From Burkholderiaceae bacterium (GTDB lineage Bacteria; Patescibacteriota; Saccharimonadia; Saccharimonadales; AQU-01): DNA of 64,000 nucleotides. Below are positions 55,077 to 64,000 of this stretch, piece by piece. The number at the start of each line of letters is the position of its first letter. Within the stretch, counting starts at the first letter, position 1. Where the stretch lies: NCBI GenBank assembly GCA_043788365.1, contig JAYVTZ010000002.1:124032-188031 (forward strand), read 5' to 3'. The notes under the pieces were generated by a model that did not search any database, was not told the DNA's origin, and worked only from the letters and a program-made list of their open reading frames with translations. The position numbers were made by a program, and so were the translations under genes.

Positions 55077-56150
55077 ATGATAGATAATATTCGGTTGCAA
55101 AACTTTCGGTCGTATTCAGACGATACTTTTGAGTTTGGGCCAGGTGTTAATATCATTGTCGGCCCAAATGCCAGTGGCAAAACCAACCTACTAGAATCTC
55201 TATTAACCGTCTCGCTCGGTAATTCATACCGCTCATCAACAAAAGGACTAATTAAGTTCGATAAGCCGTGGGCCAGACTTGAGGCGGGTACTGACCAAGG
55301 TCAAAGAATTGTTAAGCTCGAAACGGGAGACACAAACATTCGGCGGAGTTACGAAATTCAAGACCAAAAGTATAGTCGCCTACCACTTAATAAAACCATC
55401 CCACTAGTGCTGTTTGAGCCCGAACACCTTAGATTACTTAGCGGATCGCCCGAGCGAAGGCGCCAATATCTAGACGACCTGCTAGAACAAACAACACCTG
55501 GCTATAGTAAGCTTCGCAAAACCTACTCCAGAGCCTTAGCACAAAGGAATGCCCTGCTTAAAAAGGGTTCACATGAGGCCGAAAAACAACTTTTTGTGTG
55601 GAATATTCGTCTCAGTGAGGTTGGCGGCCAGATTGCCATCGAACGCCAAAAACTATGCAATCAAATTGCTGAGCAAATTAACCCTATATACACCAAACTA
55701 TCTAGTCAAAAGCCAAAAATTAGCCTAATTTACGACGCCAGCTGCACGATTGATAACTACAGCAACCACATGCTTAAACAGCTTGAAAAACACACGGAGT
55801 TAGATTTCCGACGAGGTTTTACCGCTCACGGCCCACATCGTGATGACATGCTGGTATTAATGGATGGTAGGAACGACCAGGACGTCGCCTCACGTGGTGA
55901 AATCCGTACCCTGCTACTCTGTTTGAAAATTGTTGAGCTACGAATTCTAGAGTCTCTACGTGGCCAAAAACCCTTACTCCTGCTAGACGACGTGTTTAGT
56001 GAACTAGACGGCAAACGTCGACAAGCCCTAACAAAATTCCTAAAAAACCATCAAACCTTTATAACCACTACTGACGCGGACGTTGTCGTCCAGCACTTCA
56101 TGAACGACTGCACCATCATCCCAACCAGCAAAAACACTAGCGTGGTATAG
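55077..56150 (+). CDS. recF: DNA replication/repair protein RecF
   Basis: NFRSY, GPNASGKTN, GPHRDD, ASRGE and LLLDDVFSELD. Confidence 0.96.
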   Translation: MIDNIRLQNFRSYSDDTFEFGPGVNIIVGPNASGKTNLLESLLTVSLGNSYRSSTKGLIKFDKPWARLEAGTDQGQRIVKLETGDTNIRRSYEIQDQKYSRLPLNKTIPLVLFEPEHLRLLSGSPERRRQYLDDLLEQTTPGYSKLRKTYSRALAQRNALLKKGSHEAEKQLFVWNIRLSEVGGQIAIERQKLCNQIAEQINPIYTKLSSQKPKISLIYDASCTIDNYSNHMLKQLEKHTELDFRRGFTAHGPHRDDMLVLMDGRNDQDVASRGEIRTLLLCLKIVELRILESLRGQKPLLLLDDVFSELDGKRRQALTKFLKNHQTFITTTDADVVVQHFMNDCTIIPTSKNTSVV

Positions 56151-57729
56151 GAATAATGTCGTATGACTTTGTGTCTACACCAAGTTCAACAATTCTTTTA
56201 TTTACCACACCAAGTGATTGTTTTTGCTTAACTGGATCAAACACGAAACTCCTGAGATTTTCGTCATAAATTTCTTCACCTGTGTTTAGGTTAATGAAAA
56301 CCTTGTTTTTATAAACAGATATATTTTTTACTTGAGGCATGCCTAATATTTCATCTACAACTAGGTCGATTTTTCCAGTTACGTCTTTTTGACGATCTAT
56401 TAGCAACATTCCAGAATTAGACCTGCTGTCACTTAAACACACTATGTAATTAGCGCCCTCGTCATACAAGCCGCAATACCTACTTAAATTAAACCCTAAT
56501 TCAATGAAGCCGCTCCTTGAGTCGGCATCATAACTAAACACCCCACCATCTCTAACTAGCAACAAACCACTACCTATGCTTTTCATATCAGTTGTCCTAG
56601 TCACCATATATATTTTTTTAGCCGTCTTACCCGCTATGTCGTAAACCACGAGGTTTTTATTAGGCGTATTATCGAGTAAGCAGAGTTTATTTGTTCCACA
56701 AAGAGCAAAAGAGTTAAAGTAAGAGCCAAAACTGTATTCGTAAGTCGCTCCATTACGAAAAATCACTATTCTGGTTGACGGCCTTACGCCAATGTTCTTA
56801 TTCTGCCTAGCGGCGGCTTTGTCTCCACTATCAGAGTAACCATTAATTTCTATTTGGTCGTTCTGTGAGGAGCTATTAGAATACGCAATCATAAATGATT
56901 GACCTACAGAACTAGCGCCTACAACCCTCAGGCTAGCGTTATTCAAGCTTGGCGAGTCAATTTTTACAGGCTTTTTATCAATCTTTTGGTAATAGTACAA
57001 GCTAGCCCCATTCGACTCATAAGCCATAAACCCATCTTGATAAGCCACGAACGAATAGGCGCGACCTTTTTCCAAGTCTACGAGATCAGTCTTAGGCGCA
57101 GCATCAAGATCAAAACCACCTGAAATATTATAAGCAACATAACTATAGTTTTCGCCAGCCTCTGAAGTGGGCTGTTTGCCAAACAAGAACACTCCTTCTT
57201 TGGTATGAATCGACCCCATGATTTGTCCGGCTGTGGTTCCAACATTTTGGTTGTAGGTAGGCGTGTCGTTCGTAGCGGGAACATGAGTCGTTATAGTGGT
57301 TACAGGAACACAAGCATATGAATATAAAACAGCGTTAGCATATACAGCACAACCTTCGGGATTGTAGCCCACATACTCCCTGTTTTTCTCTGAGCTAAAT
57401 TCTGCCGTAACCCTTGTGTTTTTAAAGAATCCACTGACTTCGAAGGCACTAAAATTACTTTTACCCGAGCTCTTAGCTAGAAATATATAACTACCTCTTT
57501 TGAGCAGCTTAGTTATAGACTTACTATTTGTGTTTGAAAATTTTTTACTTGAGGATACGGCGCTAGACTCTAATTGATAAGTAGTTAGGGCGTTAGTATC
57601 TAAGTTGATTGTTACTCTTCCATAACTAGACAGGAAATATACAAAAATGACAGACATACCTAGAATTACTATTTGTAGTTGGTGACGGAACAATTTATTG
57701 ATCATGGTTTCTCCAGTGTACTTGCTCAT
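56137..57729 (-). CDS. Exported beta-rich hypothetical protein in the VirB4 cluster
   Basis: N-terminal TM; start is either 57729 (TAATG coupling with the upstream stop) or 57705 (GGAG RBS). Confidence 0.65.
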   Translation of the reverse strand: MSKYTGETMINKLFRHQLQIVILGMSVIFVYFLSSYGRVTINLDTNALTTYQLESSAVSSSKKFSNTNSKSITKLLKRGSYIFLAKSSGKSNFSAFEVSGFFKNTRVTAEFSSEKNREYVGYNPEGCAVYANAVLYSYACVPVTTITTHVPATNDTPTYNQNVGTTAGQIMGSIHTKEGVFLFGKQPTSEAGENYSYVAYNISGGFDLDAAPKTDLVDLEKGRAYSFVAYQDGFMAYESNGASLYYYQKIDKKPVKIDSPSLNNASLRVVGASSVGQSFMIAYSNSSSQNDQIEINGYSDSGDKAAARQNKNIGVRPSTRIVIFRNGATYEYSFGSYFNSFALCGTNKLCLLDNTPNKNLVVYDIAGKTAKKIYMVTRTTDMKSIGSGLLLVRDGGVFSYDADSRSGFIELGFNLSRYCGLYDEGANYIVCLSDSRSNSGMLLIDRQKDVTGKIDLVVDEILGMPQVKNISVYKNKVFINLNTGEEIYDENLRSFVFDPVKQKQSLGVVNKRIVELGVDTKSYDIIPIPR

Positions 57730-59744
57730 TAATTTCCATTTACTGACCAGTGCCAACCTTCATAAAAAGCACTAGCACGGTTACCTATACCTGTAGCCGG
57801 GTTATAACCATATTCAAACATGCCATACTTCTTTGAATTAGCTGCCAGCCAGTTCCAGCACGGACTTAGTTTTGCGAACGCATAAGCCTGACCGATACCA
57901 CTGCCATTACAGGCAAAGTCTATCGCTAGTCCCATGCCATGATTCGAATAACCCGGCTTGGCCATTGGCGCATAATTAGATAGACACGGCGGTCTTGCAT
58001 AGTTAGTGGTGATGGGTACGCCAGGACACCTTATTCCCCACTGTTGTAGTTGTACCGACATTGGCCTAAAGCCACTACCTGGATAACTCAGGTTTAATCC
58101 AACCGCTAAAGCATCTCTATATAGTGAATCAACATTTTTAGCAATCGAAGCATTTACCCAAACATCGTGAGTTTTGCAAATATTGACCTGAACTGGGGTG
58201 CCTCGGTCATAGGCGGTCACATTACTCTGTTGTGGTAGCCCTACTGGGCAGGGTATCTTCACGGAGCTTTGGTTAAACACGGGCCCGGCAACAACCGGAC
58301 CGGCAGGAGGAGCGACAACTCCAGTACCACCCAAACAGTTTGGATCTACACCAGCAGCAGCTGGGGCGGTTTTGGACCCAAGATCGGCCAAAATTGTCGA
58401 AGCAAATCCAAATCTTTGTGCAAGAAGAGCTATTCTGTCACCACCAGGACGTTCATATTGATTTAAGAAAATATCAGTAACCGTTCTAAGGTCGCTTGAG
58501 GCACGGATCGGGTTTAGGGTGGTTCCGATCAAAAATCTTGAATTTAATTGGTCCCAAAGAGTATCAAGTTGGAGAAGGAGGTCGCCACCTATAACCCCCC
58601 TGGAAACAGCCCCATCTCTTAATTGTTGTTTGTAGGTTGCGGCTGTAAATTGAACAATACCGTATCCTGGAACGCCAGTGCTTGGAGTGCCGTCTTTGTT
58701 ACGGTTGGGCGGTACATTATCATCCAGACTTGTTGCGGTGCCGGCTTTAGAGACTTCGTTTCTTGAATTCAAGAAACCATACTCAACCAACCTTGGTTCG
58801 AAATGTGCCTCCGCTTGCATATTTCCCATTATGCCCGCCGCTTGAACAGGTGTTAAGCCTTTAGTTAATAGATAAAAATATATCTTTTCACGATTGTCGA
58901 CCCCCGGTATACCACTGCTTGCAGTTGTGCAAATACAATTACCGAACGGCGTTGTTACTGTGCCCTTTAAGGCTTGGCTAATCATTGTCATCATAGCTGC
59001 CCTGCCTGCAGCAGTTGGATGAACATTAAGTCCATCTGCCGTGCTAATGAAACCATTAGTATCAATTAACCCATCTAGAGCCTCAGGGTTAGTTCCGGCC
59101 CCGTAAACAGTCTTAACCCACGACATCATCGTATAATGCTTAGGACCGGCTAATGAATATAGCAATTGGTTCAGCTTGTTATAACTTCCAACCTTTGTGT
59201 CGGTACCAGTTGTTGCTAAATCAATCCAGAATATCGCGGCAGAGGGAGTGTAGATTCTAATTTTGTCGATCATAGCACTGATATTTGCACCAGTTAAACC
59301 ACCAGTGTTTGTTCCAAGCTCAACAACCACGAACTTGGCAGTCCGAACAAAAGCAGCGTCTTGGTCAACCTGCCCAAGACCATCAGGAGCTGGTGGTGAT
59401 CCAGCTAATTTACGGCTATTTATGCCACTACCTTGGTAGGTCCAAGGCGCCGTACCAAACTCAGCCTGTAGTTGTGTTTGTATGGACGAGCCAATTGAGT
59501 CGCCTACAAAGTAGACTGGTCCAGGAATGGATTTCTGGGGCGTTAAACTCTCTGTCGTACATGTTGCTGTTGCCGTAGTTCCATCGTCACGGAAGTCTTG
59601 TTCCTGATACACCTTATTAAGGTCCTCTTTCGTAAAGTTAAGCAGCGCACTTGCAACCGATGATTGGAACATAAAAGCAGCCACTGTTAATATAATAAAC
59701 AGTGCTGAAAACATTTTTTTACTGAACAGCTTTAAGAATTTCAT
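57729..59744 (-). CDS. Secreted three-domain cell-wall hydrolase: SGNH esterase, phage-tail-lysozyme-like domain, M15B peptidase
   Basis: VGDS/ELGTN/D..VHP; AAGIMGNMQAE..GYGIVQFT..YERPG; SGFR..PGYSNHGMGLAIDF..EGWHW. Confidence 0.8.
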   Translation of the reverse strand: MKFLKLFSKKMFSALFIILTVAAFMFQSSVASALLNFTKEDLNKVYQEQDFRDDGTTATATCTTESLTPQKSIPGPVYFVGDSIGSSIQTQLQAEFGTAPWTYQGSGINSRKLAGSPPAPDGLGQVDQDAAFVRTAKFVVVELGTNTGGLTGANISAMIDKIRIYTPSAAIFWIDLATTGTDTKVGSYNKLNQLLYSLAGPKHYTMMSWVKTVYGAGTNPEALDGLIDTNGFISTADGLNVHPTAAGRAAMMTMISQALKGTVTTPFGNCICTTASSGIPGVDNREKIYFYLLTKGLTPVQAAGIMGNMQAEAHFEPRLVEYGFLNSRNEVSKAGTATSLDDNVPPNRNKDGTPSTGVPGYGIVQFTAATYKQQLRDGAVSRGVIGGDLLLQLDTLWDQLNSRFLIGTTLNPIRASSDLRTVTDIFLNQYERPGGDRIALLAQRFGFASTILADLGSKTAPAAAGVDPNCLGGTGVVAPPAGPVVAGPVFNQSSVKIPCPVGLPQQSNVTAYDRGTPVQVNICKTHDVWVNASIAKNVDSLYRDALAVGLNLSYPGSGFRPMSVQLQQWGIRCPGVPITTNYARPPCLSNYAPMAKPGYSNHGMGLAIDFACNGSGIGQAYAFAKLSPCWNWLAANSKKYGMFEYGYNPATGIGNRASAFYEGWHWSVNGN

Positions 59745-62269
59745 GGCTTTGCAACTCCCGAGTCAAGGTTAAATATTTTAGTCATTGAATCCGTCACTAC
59801 CTTGTCTAGAGCACATGGATTGGAGATTATGTATACCTTCTCTTTAGTTTCTGGGTCAATTTTCCAGCCGACCCCTTGTTGTTCACGCAAAGTGGCGATT
59901 TGCGCACAAGCATCGTCTGTAAGCAAGTCAGGGTCAGTAGTTATTCCTGGGTCATTTACTGGGAATCCATATTGAGTAACTCCAAAAATATCACCACGAT
60001 TGGTTAGTCCATTGGCACGTACACGAGGAGTGAATATACTCGAAATTAGGTTAGTTATCGAAGATATGTAGTTTACGCTAAATAAATTACTTTTAAGGTT
60101 CGGCATACCAAAAGCTAAGTTGGTAACGGCTTTGTATGACAATGATCTTTGATCCTGTGAATCAAACAGTCTTGCAAATACGCTCTTTGACTGCCAATCA
60201 TCATTACTTTGCTCATGTATAGCGTTATCTAATACTACTTGATTGGCTTCTGATATTTGAGCAGCTCCCATTCCTATGAAGCCATCATCTTTCGTGTCTT
60301 CACCTTTCATAAAACTATTGGTCGTTACGTCTATGCCGGCGGCGACTTGATCAAAAGCCTCTTGTCCTCCAGCATCGGCATTAACCACTTGTCTAAACAT
60401 TTTCGACATCATCCAGTCGAAGAAGTCCTTAGCCTTATCGGCCACGAAATTTTGCAAGGAATCTATGACACTGCCAATGCCGGGTAATATTGATAAGAAA
60501 TCAAGAGCCAGCCCGCTTATTTTTCCTAGAACCCAACCAATTGCCTTAAGTGCGCTATGTATTAAATCTCCTGCACAACCTATAACCGGTAGACAGAAAT
60601 GATATAACGGGAAAATTACTGTAGCTACCAGTTGTCCCGCTGTTGTAGCCCGCCACTCTTCGAAGAATATCTTTGGTTGGACCTTTTTCTCAGGGCACGC
60701 CAACGGGTCATTATCGCCCTGTAGGAACTTACCGTCCTGGCAGTTTACGGTTGGTAGTGAACTACTACTAGCAACAATTTTTTGGTAGACTCGGCTTTTT
60801 TCAAAGCCTTTCAATGCATCAACCGAGGCGCCAACATCAGCCAGACTGGTATCGCCAGACTGTATCTCATTATCCATTACATTCCAGAGCGCATAGTATT
60901 CCGCATAAGCCGACTCATTAACAGATTTAATAAACCTAGATATATCTTTATTCTCAATGTGTTTATCAATTTGATTCATCTGATCAGTTATTGAGAGTGC
61001 GAGGTAAACTTGACCTACAATCGGAACTGCGCTGGCTGCCGTCTTGCCAGCGGCTTCGCCCAAGAAAGGAGTTAGTATCGCTTCTAACATTTTTTCTTGT
61101 AGAAACTGACCCATAGTCTTTTCGCCTATATCTTCAGCTATTTTTTTAAGAGCACCGTCTTCGAGGCCGCTGGCGATACGTTTTGCAGCAGCACTTTCGG
61201 CTTTTTCGACCACCTTATCTGGAGCATCGCCACAATCAAGAATAAAACACATAAGATAGGCCGCTGCTTTATCATTCATGGGTCGCACCACTAAATTAAC
61301 CAATTTCAATTTTAGTTTTTTGATTGCACTAAGTTTTATATTGCCAAAGTCATCACGTGCTTGACAGGCTAGTAAACACCACTTAGAAGCTTTATACTTT
61401 CTGGCTAGCAAGCTTTTTACCTGCCAACGCTCACGGATACCTCGCGACTGAGTCTCTTCCCTAATAATATCCGTCACTTCTTTGACCACAGTTCTTTTAC
61501 CCGACTGAGTTAGTAGCTTACCGTTTTTGTATACATCGACTGTACTCGATTTTGTTGAAGCTCGGAATTCAATACCATAGTTTTCAAACAATTTAGACTC
61601 AATTCGGTTGTCGCGCCAAATCGTAAACGTTCTGCCAACAACACCCGTACCGGGTATGATTGAGGCACAGTCTTTAGAAATGGCCGTACCGCACGTCTTA
61701 AGAGATGGCGTTATTATCTTTTGAATATATTTTTCTACGTATTTTTGCTCTCTTGCCTGAATAGCATACTCAATGCGATCGTTAAACGCGCTTTTTAAGT
61801 TGCTCATAACATGTTTAACAGCCAAGGACGGCAACAAAACCAACAAGAAACTGGCTCCCGTAATGGCCATTATCGCTGATATGCCAGCCGCAGCAGCAGC
61901 GTATTTTCTGTTACTACTAGAACCTCCCTTAGTTTTTGCTTTTATCCCAGACTTGTCGTTTTTAAATAAACCACCGCTTGGTTTAGCGTCGTCACCGCCG
62001 AGTTTTGATTTTTCAGCAGACTGCAAACCTGACTCAGATGGAGTGCTCGCCTCACCCTCAGCTTCATTAAGCTTATCTCGCTTAATCGACTTATCGGTGT
62101 TTCCTTCAGAAGGATGGTTTAGATGTTCTTCGAGATCATTAACTTCTTTATCACGATCAGCTGAAGACATTCCGAGGTCATCGTGTGCCCCACCCATGCC
62201 CGGGCCAGGTTCAATACCGGGCGGCAAATCTTGTCTCTCTTCTTGGTCGTCATAAACTGCATTTGCCAT
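59741..62269 (-). CDS. Large membrane protein of the VirB4/T4SS-like cluster
   Basis: Acidic low-complexity N-terminus, several hydrophobic segments, Cys pairs; co-oriented with the VirB4-like ATPase. Confidence 0.65.
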   Translation of the reverse strand: MANAVYDDQEERQDLPPGIEPGPGMGGAHDDLGMSSADRDKEVNDLEEHLNHPSEGNTDKSIKRDKLNEAEGEASTPSESGLQSAEKSKLGGDDAKPSGGLFKNDKSGIKAKTKGGSSSNRKYAAAAAGISAIMAITGASFLLVLLPSLAVKHVMSNLKSAFNDRIEYAIQAREQKYVEKYIQKIITPSLKTCGTAISKDCASIIPGTGVVGRTFTIWRDNRIESKLFENYGIEFRASTKSSTVDVYKNGKLLTQSGKRTVVKEVTDIIREETQSRGIRERWQVKSLLARKYKASKWCLLACQARDDFGNIKLSAIKKLKLKLVNLVVRPMNDKAAAYLMCFILDCGDAPDKVVEKAESAAAKRIASGLEDGALKKIAEDIGEKTMGQFLQEKMLEAILTPFLGEAAGKTAASAVPIVGQVYLALSITDQMNQIDKHIENKDISRFIKSVNESAYAEYYALWNVMDNEIQSGDTSLADVGASVDALKGFEKSRVYQKIVASSSSLPTVNCQDGKFLQGDNDPLACPEKKVQPKIFFEEWRATTAGQLVATVIFPLYHFCLPVIGCAGDLIHSALKAIGWVLGKISGLALDFLSILPGIGSVIDSLQNFVADKAKDFFDWMMSKMFRQVVNADAGGQEAFDQVAAGIDVTTNSFMKGEDTKDDGFIGMGAAQISEANQVVLDNAIHEQSNDDWQSKSVFARLFDSQDQRSLSYKAVTNLAFGMPNLKSNLFSVNYISSITNLISSIFTPRVRANGLTNRGDIFGVTQYGFPVNDPGITTDPDLLTDDACAQIATLREQQGVGWKIDPETKEKVYIISNPCALDKVVTDSMTKIFNLDSGVAKP

Positions 62270-62301
62270 AAACTTACTTCACTTTACCTGTATTATATCG
62301 C

Positions 62302-64000
62302 CTAAACCTGCCCTTGTGGTTGGTTATTTATATCTATCACACCTTGAGACTGTTCAAGTTCCCTAGCCTTTTCAATTTGCTGTACTTGGTCAGGATTGGT
62401 CGTGATAAGACTCATTTCAACTGGGCTGGCGGCGATCTGGATATGAACGTGACTTTGGCCGGCAAAGAACAGCCCCTGTCCGACAGGGAACTGGCTAAGG
62501 CGTTTGGTTTCCTCGCTAGTAAGTCTAAATACTTGAGCCAAGACATCTACAGCAGACGGTGATTGTTTGAGTAGGATCTGCATTGAAGCGTTGGCTACAA
62601 TTGCCCTACCCATGCGACTACCCATGAAGTCTTCAACGTCTTGGCTAATCGTGGTAATGCCTAGGTTATACTTACGAGCTCGCTTAGCGAGCGAGAATAA
62701 GAAGTTAGCCGAGTCTTCATACTTCATAAGTTGCCAGGCTTCATCAACAATCAATATGCGGCGTTTTTGGTCAGCTTTAGTTTTGTTCCATATGTAGCTG
62801 AGGACAATATACATGGCGACTGGTCGTAGTTCGTCTTCAAGATCACGGATGTTAAACACCACCATTGGGTTTTCGATATTAATGTTGGATTGTTGTGAGA
62901 AGATGCCAGCAAAAGTACCACTAGTATATTTACGTAGTCGTTGGGCAAGTTGAGGACCGGTGCCACCCATGTGTAATAGCGTATCGTAAAGGTCGATGAT
63001 TGTTGGTGGCACGACCGTATGGGTTAGTGGGTCATTAGTGATGCCGCCTTTGGCATAGGTCTCGATTAAAGCTGCATCTAGATCGGCCTCTTCGACTGGG
63101 TTAAGGGCAGGCATCGACACGCCCGCACCACCAGACATCTGCGCCTGAGCACCGCCCATCATTAAGCGGAATAATCCGTGTAAGGTAATCAAGTTACTGC
63201 GTAGGGCGTTATCAGCCTCATCAACATCAACGACTTTTGGTAGCTCAAATGGGTTAATTCGGGTAGTTGAGTTAAGGCTTAGACGAATATAGGCTCCGCC
63301 AACGGCATCACACATGCGCTCATACTCGTTTTCAGGGTCGATAATAAATATCTCAGTACCAAACATTAAGCTACGCAAAGCCTCTAGTTTAACTGTGAAT
63401 GATTTACCGGCACCAGACTTAGCAAAGACAACCGAGTTGCCGTTTTCAAGCGAGAAACGGTCAAAAATAACCAGGCCAGAGTTATGCATATTAACGCCAT
63501 ACAAGATGCCATTATCTTGGCTTAGGTCGGCGCTAGTAAATGGGAAGCTGGTACTGACGGCGCCAGTGTTCATGTTACGGCGAATCTGTAGTTGGTCAGA
63601 ACATTGTGGCAAGGTACTGTTAAAGCCCTGTTCTTGTTGTGACGAAGCTGGCTTTGAGTAGACAAGTTGTTGGCCCAAGATTGTCTCAACCTTGTGACTA
63701 ACAAATTCGAGCTCATCCATACTGTTGCCGTAGATTGTGAAGTAAAAACCAAGTCGGAAGAAGCGTTCTTCGCCAACTTGTAGCTTATCGCGCATTTCCT
63801 CGGCATCCATAATAGCTGCCTGCTTAGCTGGGTCACGGACGCGACCTTTTTCGTTGTCTATCATAATACCGGCCTCGAGCTGGGTAACTTTTTTTCGTAA
63901 GTTTTCGAGAATTACTTGGGTATCAGCTGGATATACAAAGAGAGAAATATCCAAAACCTCATCAAGGTTAACCATACTACTCATCCAGCCAGTAAAGAGC
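62302..64000 (-). CDS. virB4: VirB4-like type IV secretion/conjugation ATPase, 5' end beyond the window
   Basis: Walker A AKSGAGKS, IIDPENEY, INPF, Walker B IVDEAW and RARKY...SQ; frame stays open to the window edge. Confidence 0.88.
   Translation of the reverse strand, partial: LFTGWMSSMVNLDEVLDISLFVYPADTQVILENLRKKVTQLEAGIMIDNEKGRVRDPAKQAAIMDAEEMRDKLQVGEERFFRLGFYFTIYGNSMDELEFVSHKVETILGQQLVYSKPASSQQEQGFNSTLPQCSDQLQIRRNMNTGAVSTSFPFTSADLSQDNGILYGVNMHNSGLVIFDRFSLENGNSVVFAKSGAGKSFTVKLEALRSLMFGTEIFIIDPENEYERMCDAVGGAYIRLSLNSTTRINPFELPKVVDVDEADNALRSNLITLHGLFRLMMGGAQAQMSGGAGVSMPALNPVEEADLDAALIETYAKGGITNDPLTHTVVPPTIIDLYDTLLHMGGTGPQLAQRLRKYTSGTFAGIFSQQSNINIENPMVVFNIRDLEDELRPVAMYIVLSYIWNKTKADQKRRILIVDEAWQLMKYEDSANFLFSLAKRARKYNLGITTISQDVEDFMGSRMGRAIVANASMQILLKQSPSAVDVLAQVFRLTSEETKRLSQFPVGQGLFFAGQSHVHIQIAASPVEMSLITTNPDQVQQIEKARELEQSQGVIDINNQPQGQV

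Noticed and set aside
57729-59744. Prophage, suggested by the phage-tail-lysozyme domain
   Set aside because: No capsid, terminase, tail or integrase genes; the domain is part of a signal-peptide protein in a VirB4 cluster

Overview
This is a chromosomal window spanning the replication origin (yidC-rnpA-rpmH / oriC / dnaA-dnaN-recF). Gene content and compactness suggest a Patescibacteria/CPR organism, most likely Saccharibacteria (inferred, no marker tree). From left to right it contains: (1) a heme-pathway cluster, hemC-hemD-chdC/hemQ, unexpected for CPR; the chdC gene is missed by the ORF track. (2) A cobalamin-type riboswitch ahead of a Cys-rich hypothetical protein. (3) A ~37 kb surface-glycan region with a priming transferase, O-antigen-ligase-like protein, galE, pgm, manC, rmlBCDA, a GT2/FAD-oxidoreductase/GT-C/GtrA cassette, large surface proteins, a wzm/wzt ABC exporter with a methyltransferase, and gmd/rmd. 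(4) A RAYT-type HUH transposase between 39-bp direct repeats, next to a synonymously diverged duplicate of the 5' end of the neighbouring glycosyltransferase. (5) A PIN/Phd toxin-antitoxin pair. (6) A bipartite oriC. (7) A four-helix-bundle gene flanked by inverted heptamer arrays, with related gene-less arrays elsewhere. (8) A VirB4-type cluster with a three-domain cell-wall hydrolase. Many genes have a -10 box 6-7 nt before the start codon, suggesting leaderless mRNAs. No rRNA, tRNA or CRISPR array was seen. All calls come from motif recognition by eye.
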